NCBI GenBank assembly: GCA_043805735.1
Contig: JAZDHS010000044.1
Location: 4,829-68,828 of the forward strand
Direction of reading: 5' to 3'
DNA: 64,000 bases
DNA from: Candidatus Omnitrophota bacterium
Lineage (GTDB): Bacteria > Omnitrophota > Gorgyraeia > JAFGHF01
The notes beneath the pieces were generated by a model. The model made no database searches. It saw only the letters and a program-made list of their open reading frames with translations, and had not been told where the DNA came from. Shown here one piece after another: positions 59,367-64,000 of the stretch (its first letter is position 1; every line of letters begins with the position of its first letter). A program made the position numbers and the translations under genes.

Positions 59367-59983
59367 GGTTAATTGAAAAAGAAGACGATACGCATGCCCC
59401 GCGCTACCGTAGAAAAAGGGCGGCGGTGCTTGGCCTGGGTAGCATAAAGGTCATCTGGCTTTCGCTGATTAAAGGAATCAGCCAGGCCGCGGAAAAAGTA
59501 AAAACGGGCGTCCGCGAGCCCAACCTCAAGGTTCTCAATAAAGTCTGCTTCTTATTAGCGCTGGTGCTGGTGGGTTCTTCGGTGCTCGATTTTGTTTTTG
59601 GCCGCCCGGACATCGAAAAGGTGTATAAAAAGACGCAGCGACTGACTAAGCAAAAGCCGCAGGAATACCAGGAGGCTCAAACGGCGCGGCCGTTTTTACA
59701 CTATCTGGAAATGGTCAAGCGCCGCAATATCTTCAGCCCGATTATGCTTCAGGAAGAGGTAAAGCCGGAAGTAAAAAAGGCGGAATTGAAAGATATGGCC
59801 AAAAATTTAAGCCTGGTGGGCATCTCAATGGACCCTGACCCAGTAGCGATGATTGAAGATAAAGACGCGAAAAAAACTTATTTTTTAAAAAAAGGCGATT
59901 CAATCAATAAATTCACCATTGAAGAGATTACCACGACCACGGTGATTTTAAGTTACGAAGGGGAAAAGATCGAGCTGATGTAA
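59327..59983 (+). CDS. bitopic membrane protein (possible ExeB/GspB-like partner)
   Basis: Single TM (VCFLLALVLVGSSVLDFVF) with cytoplasmic N-terminal and periplasmic C-terminal parts. Overlaps the 3' end of the ATPase gene; start uncertain. Confidence 0.4.
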   Translation: MAEPRPTPEEQLLRLIEKEDDTHAPRYRRKRAAVLGLGSIKVIWLSLIKGISQAAEKVKTGVREPNLKVLNKVCFLLALVLVGSSVLDFVFGRPDIEKVYKKTQRLTKQKPQEYQEAQTARPFLHYLEMVKRRNIFSPIMLQEEVKPEVKKAELKDMAKNLSLVGISMDPDPVAMIEDKDAKKTYFLKKGDSINKFTIEEITTTTVILSYEGEKIELM

Positions 59984-59984
59984 G

Positions 59985-61943
59985 ATGAAAAAAGCGTTAG
60001 TAGTCATATTATTGATTTGCGTTTCCATCGCCGGCAAAATAGTGCTGGCGCAGGAAGAGGCGGCGAGCGCGCCCAGGCAGATGCCTTTTAAAACTATTGG
60101 CGCGTCGAGTGCGCCAGCAAGCGTTCCAGCGAGTGTTCCGGCAAGCGCTCCGGCAAGCGCTCCGTTAACTTTACTGCCCGGCTCCAAGGTAACAACTGCC
60201 CCTGCGGCGGGTGCCGCTACCGCGGCGCCAGAGGTGGCAAAATCGACGCTGACACCGGTTAGCGCCACCGCGGCGGCTACAGCGGCGAAAGCGCCGACGG
60301 ATGCCGCGTCGGACTTGGCCGCATCCGCCGAGACGGTAACCGAAGAAACCATTGCTAAAGAGCTCGCCGGCGAAGGCGCTAAGGATGCCGCCGCTACGGA
60401 AAAGGCGCCCAAGACTATCGAAGAAGGCATGGTCAAAAAGATCTCGCTGGATTTACGCGGCATGGATATTTTAGATACGATTAAATTCTTATCGATGAAA
60501 GGCAATTTAAATATTGTCACCAGCAAAAACGTCGCTGGCCGAATTACTTTATTTTTAAAAGACGTCAGCATCGCCGATACGCTGGAGGTAATTTTACTGA
60601 CCAATAAGTTGGCCAGCGTGACCAAGAATAACATCATTACCATTATGACCGAGGCCGAGTATGGCGAACTCTACGGTGAGAAATTCATCGATAAGCGGGA
60701 ACTTAAAACCCTCAAGCTCGACTACGCCAAGCCTTCCGGCGTCGGCGTGGCTTTGGAGAGCATTAAGAGCACAATCGGCAAAATTATTATGGATGACGCG
60801 ACCGGCACGATGATCCTGATTGATACGCCCGATAAAATTGCCGAAATGGAAGATATGGCCCATAAACTTGACCGGGGGCTGGTGGAAAAAAAATCACCGA
60901 CGGAAAGCCGGGTATTTGAATTTCAATACGCCAAGGTGACCGATATCGAAGCCAAGATTACCGCGGTGTTAACTCCCGATATCGGCTCAGCCGTGGCTGA
61001 TGAACGTACTAACCGCATTATTGTCAATGACCTGCCCAATAAGCTTAACGAAATTGAGGCGATGATTGGCGCTTTTGACGCCAAGACGCGCGAGGTGCTC
61101 ATTGAGGCCAAGATTGTCGAGATTGACCTCACCGATGAGTTTGCCTTTGGCGTAGACTGGGATAGGATATTTGAGTATTTTCCTAAGGATATCAGCATGG
61201 TCGGAAGTTTTCCGATGAGCTCGCCCTCAGGCACCGAAGGTAACTTCGGCCGAGTTTCAATTGGTGAATGGAAATCGGGATTCTTTACCGATACCGGAAC
61301 AGCCGGTCAGGCCTGGAACTCCGGTACCATTGACCCGAGTCAATCTAATCAGATGATTAATTTCTTACGTTCTATCGGCGATGCCCGGATCATTTCATCT
61401 CCCTATATCGCGGTCTGCAATAACGAAGAAGCCCAGATTATGGTCGGGACGCGCCAGCCCTATGCCACCAGCACGATTTCGCAAAGCGAAACCTCGGCCA
61501 CTACTTCCTGGAGCGCGGAATTCGTGGATTTAGGCGTGACCCTTACCGTTACCCCGACGATTAATCAGGACGGATATATCAAGCTGCACATTAAGCCGGA
61601 AGTGAGTACCTTGCGCCAGTGGTTTGAAATTCTCGATGAGACCGGCGTGGCCCAAATCCGCCTGCCGGAAGTGGATACCTCCAATGCCGAGACCAGCGTC
61701 CTGATTAAAGACGGAAGAACCTTAATTATTGCCGGCTTAATCCGTGACCGCGAATATACCACCAAGCGCAAGTTTCCTGGTATTGGGGATATCCCGATAA
61801 TAGGTAACTTATTTGGCTCAACATCAACCGGAGTAATTAAGAGGGAACTGGTGGTTTTTCTCACCCCCCATATCATCTCCGGAGGCGAAGACGTCGCTTT
61901 TGTAGAGGGCGTGGAAAAACAAAGAAAACCGATGAAAAAATGA
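59985..61943 (+). CDS. secretin (PilQ/GspD family) with Ala/Pro/Ser-rich low-complexity N-terminal region
   Basis: Signal peptide, repeated SAPASVPASVPASAPASAP, and the conserved secretin C-domain (…TSVLIKDGRTLIIAGLIRDREYTTKRKFPGIGDIPIIGNLFG…LVVFLTPHII). Confidence 0.8.
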   Translation: MKKALVVILLICVSIAGKIVLAQEEAASAPRQMPFKTIGASSAPASVPASVPASAPASAPLTLLPGSKVTTAPAAGAATAAPEVAKSTLTPVSATAAATAAKAPTDAASDLAASAETVTEETIAKELAGEGAKDAAATEKAPKTIEEGMVKKISLDLRGMDILDTIKFLSMKGNLNIVTSKNVAGRITLFLKDVSIADTLEVILLTNKLASVTKNNIITIMTEAEYGELYGEKFIDKRELKTLKLDYAKPSGVGVALESIKSTIGKIIMDDATGTMILIDTPDKIAEMEDMAHKLDRGLVEKKSPTESRVFEFQYAKVTDIEAKITAVLTPDIGSAVADERTNRIIVNDLPNKLNEIEAMIGAFDAKTREVLIEAKIVEIDLTDEFAFGVDWDRIFEYFPKDISMVGSFPMSSPSGTEGNFGRVSIGEWKSGFFTDTGTAGQAWNSGTIDPSQSNQMINFLRSIGDARIISSPYIAVCNNEEAQIMVGTRQPYATSTISQSETSATTSWSAEFVDLGVTLTVTPTINQDGYIKLHIKPEVSTLRQWFEILDETGVAQIRLPEVDTSNAETSVLIKDGRTLIIAGLIRDREYTTKRKFPGIGDIPIIGNLFGSTSTGVIKRELVVFLTPHIISGGEDVAFVEGVEKQRKPMKK

Positions 61944-62974
61944 AGCGTGGGGTAGCCTTTCTTTCCATAATTTTACTGTTACTGCTTTTGGCCTCAGCTG
62001 GCGCGGCGGGCTTTTTTTATTTTACCTGGGATGAGCAGAAAAACCAGCTTAAATTATTAGAGTCGGATTTAGAAGCGGGCAAGATCATGCTCGATCAGGC
62101 CAAAGGCTCACTCACCCAAAAGGACCAGCTGAGCTCTGCCTTAAGCGAAAAAAATAAAGCCTTAAGCGACGAGCTCTCCACCCTAAAAAAGAATGTCAGC
62201 GAGACGCAATTAACCAAGGGCCTGCTGGAAGGGCAGGTTAAGGAACTCTCGGCGAAAGAGAAAATACTCGAGGCCCAGATTATCCAGGTGATGCAGTCTT
62301 CCCAAGAGCAATTAAGCCTGAAAGAAAAAGAAATCCAGAAACAATTGCTTTCCGAAAAAGAAACTATCAGTTTAGAGAAACAGGCCCTAGCCAAGCAGGC
62401 GGTATCCTCAGAAGTGTTGTTAAAGACAGCGTTAGCGCGCAATGAACAGCTGCGCGCGCAGTTAGAAAAAAATAAAACCGTCCTGGAATGGTTGCACAAA
62501 GATAAAATCGGGCAAGAGCTTTTACAGACTAAAGATACGCTTAAAACAAAAGAGGACCGGCTCCAGGAGATGATTAAGGAAAACGAAAAACTGATTGCCG
62601 GCTTTAAAGATTTGGAACTGGAAAAAAGCACCGCCCAAAATGAACTCGCTCTCTCCCAAGATGAACTTAAAAAGCAGACCGCGAAATTCCACTATAATCT
62701 GGCTTTAGTCTTTGACCAGGGCAGCCGCTACCGCGAGGCCGAAGCGGAATATCGCAAAGCCTTAGAGCTGATCCCGGACGATGCCGACGCGCATTATAAT
62801 TTAGGCGTCCTTTATGATGAGGCTCTCAAGGACAACCAAAAAGCGATTACCCATTATAAGGCTTACCTCCAGCTGCGCCCCGAGGCCGTGGATGGCGAAC
62901 AGGTAGCGCATTGGATCAGCAAGGCCGAAGAACGGTTGAATTGGGGTAAGTTGGAACTGCTTAAGAAGAAATGA
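61940..62974 (+). CDS. membrane-anchored coiled-coil + TPR protein
   Basis: N-terminal TM, ~200-aa coiled-coil (heptad K/E/L/Q-rich), and C-terminal TPR (AEAEYRKALELIPDDADAHYNLGVLY). Confidence 0.6.
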   Translation: MKRGVAFLSIILLLLLLASAGAAGFFYFTWDEQKNQLKLLESDLEAGKIMLDQAKGSLTQKDQLSSALSEKNKALSDELSTLKKNVSETQLTKGLLEGQVKELSAKEKILEAQIIQVMQSSQEQLSLKEKEIQKQLLSEKETISLEKQALAKQAVSSEVLLKTALARNEQLRAQLEKNKTVLEWLHKDKIGQELLQTKDTLKTKEDRLQEMIKENEKLIAGFKDLELEKSTAQNELALSQDELKKQTAKFHYNLALVFDQGSRYREAEAEYRKALELIPDDADAHYNLGVLYDEALKDNQKAITHYKAYLQLRPEAVDGEQVAHWISKAEERLNWGKLELLKKK

Positions 62975-64000
62975 TCAAAGTAGACTGGAAATTAGCCGGG
63001 GGCTTTAGCGCTCTGTTGCTGCTGATTGTGGCCATTGGCGCGATCGGCATGATCCAGATTCAATCGTTGAGTAAGACCGTAGATGCCCTGGGCCGGCGCT
63101 ATTTCCCGATGCAGAAGGCGGCGCTGGAAATGCGGGTGAATAACAGCCTCTATGCGATGGGAATCCGTAATTATATCTTTTGGCGCAGCGCCAAGTATCT
63201 CGAAGCCGCGCGCACCGCGGCCAACAAAGAAGCAATCAATTCGGCGGTGGCGGCATTTGACGTGCAGCTGAAAAATTATAGCGAGTTTGCCCATGCCTTA
63301 TATCAAGATACGCCCAGCGTTATTTCTCTAACCGACCAGGAACAATGGATTGGCAATATTCAGGGTTCACAGCAGGAATTGCGTTCGATCGGCGATCGGA
63401 TTCTGGAATTAGTCGATCAAATTGATAGCGCAGAAATCACCAAGAAACGCGAGCTCGAAGACGCGGTTAACAAATTGTTAATGGCCTTCGAAAGCAAGCT
63501 CTATATTATTGACGGGTTCATTGATGGCAATGTCCAAAAGGCCACTTTGGAAGCGGTGCGCGCCCAGCTCGTTGAGGCCGAGGCGGCCCGCAAGCGGGCG
63601 ATTACCTATTTAGTCTGGTCGTTGGTGTTGGGCTTAGGCATCGGCAGCGAGACCGCGTTTTTGGTCTATCGTGACCGCCGCCGGGAAAGAGAACACCGGG
63701 AAAAATTGGTGCGGGAAATGATTCGTATTGAAGAGGAAGAGCGTAAGAGCCTTTCTCTTCAGGTCCACGATCAGATGGGCCAGGACTTAAGCGGTTTACG
63801 GATTTATCTGGATTTAATCAATAAACATCTGCCTGATACTGATGATGACGCCAAAAAAAGCATCCAGGAAGGCAAGAAGATCCTCTCTGGCCTAATCGAA
63901 AAAAGCCACAATATTGCCGAGATGCTCCGGCCACCGGCCCTGGAAGAGATTGGCCTGGTCGATACCATTGAAAGCCTGATTCTGCATTACCGCCAACTGA
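62971..64000 (+). CDS. sensor histidine kinase (HisKA_3/NarL-type), 3'-truncated by window edge
   Basis: Two TMs flank a periplasmic sensor; the H-box EEERKSLSLQVHDQMGQDLSGL is present. No stop before position 64000, so it is absent from the ORF track. Confidence 0.7.
   Translation, partial: MIKVDWKLAGGFSALLLLIVAIGAIGMIQIQSLSKTVDALGRRYFPMQKAALEMRVNNSLYAMGIRNYIFWRSAKYLEAARTAANKEAINSAVAAFDVQLKNYSEFAHALYQDTPSVISLTDQEQWIGNIQGSQQELRSIGDRILELVDQIDSAEITKKRELEDAVNKLLMAFESKLYIIDGFIDGNVQKATLEAVRAQLVEAEAARKRAITYLVWSLVLGLGIGSETAFLVYRDRRREREHREKLVREMIRIEEEERKSLSLQVHDQMGQDLSGLRIYLDLINKHLPDTDDDAKKSIQEGKKILSGLIEKSHNIAEMLRPPALEEIGLVDTIESLILHYRQL

Noticed and set aside
59948-60643. 231-aa minus-strand ORF antisense to the secretin N-terminus, and apparent tandem repeats there
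   Set aside because: The periodic gcaagcg(c/t)tcc(a/g)gc(g/a)agtg repeats encode the secretin's SAPASVPASVP low-complexity linker. They are not a CRISPR array (no spacers, no hairpin repeats), and the antisense ORF is an artefact of that repeat.

Overview
This 64 kb window reads as a gene-dense core-genome segment from a Gram-negative-type (diderm) bacterium. GC is about 50 % and almost all genes are on the + strand. I found no integrase, transposase, CRISPR array or prophage.

Gene order resembles Firmicutes-style conserved clusters (ispE–spoVG–tRNA-Gln–glmU–prs–ctc–pth; rpsF–ssb–rpsR–rplI–dnaB; rpsB–tsf–pyrH–frr). These are combined with an outer-membrane and lipid A block: bamA–skp–lpxD–fused lpxC/fabZ–lpxA–lpxI, then lpxB, a Gfo/Idh/MocA oxidoreductase and msbA. 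That combination suggests a poorly characterised diderm lineage, though I cannot assign one from the sequence.

Other recognisable blocks:
- glyA (5' partial)–dCMP deaminase–nrdR, followed by a UvrD-type helicase fused to a Cas4-like Fe-S nuclease.
- A split transketolase.
- A sulfur-assimilation and siroheme block: Rrf2 regulator–cysH–cysP–cysK–sirC–hemA–hemC–cobA–hemB–hemL–small siroheme sulfite reductase.
- archease–DUF4139–rtcB.
- serS with an adjacent tRNA-Ser.
- A MerR-like HTH–ExeA-like ATPase–membrane protein–secretin–coiled-coil/TPR–histidine kinase cluster (the kinase is 3' partial).

Three tRNAs are present: Gln-UUG, Lys-UUU and Ser-UGA.

Observations I rank as worth a second look:
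- Two orphan PflA-like radical SAM paralogs of the AmmeMemoRadiSam type. One has an N-terminal signal/anchor and is coupled to a fused membrane spermidine-synthase-like protein, an AEC transporter, a DUF1846 protein and nadE.
- Two adjacent long imperfect hairpins (184 nt and 161 nt) in a 450-bp intergenic region.
- A compact multi-helix RNA-like element upstream of the first radical SAM gene.
- A 31-codon lysine/arginine-rich ORF resembling ribosomal protein bS22, which is absent from the ORF track.
- A dispersed ~45-bp palindromic repeat in three copies, one of them in the rpsB leader.
- SpoVG carrying a zinc-ribbon insertion.
- Glutamine synthetase with an N-terminal excisionase-type HTH and a direct-repeat operator in its own promoter.
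- A Met/Cys-rich 21-codon leader ORF plus terminator hairpin upstream of cysH.
- A HemC that lacks the cofactor-binding domain.

All calls are from reading the sequence and translations by eye; no database search was run.
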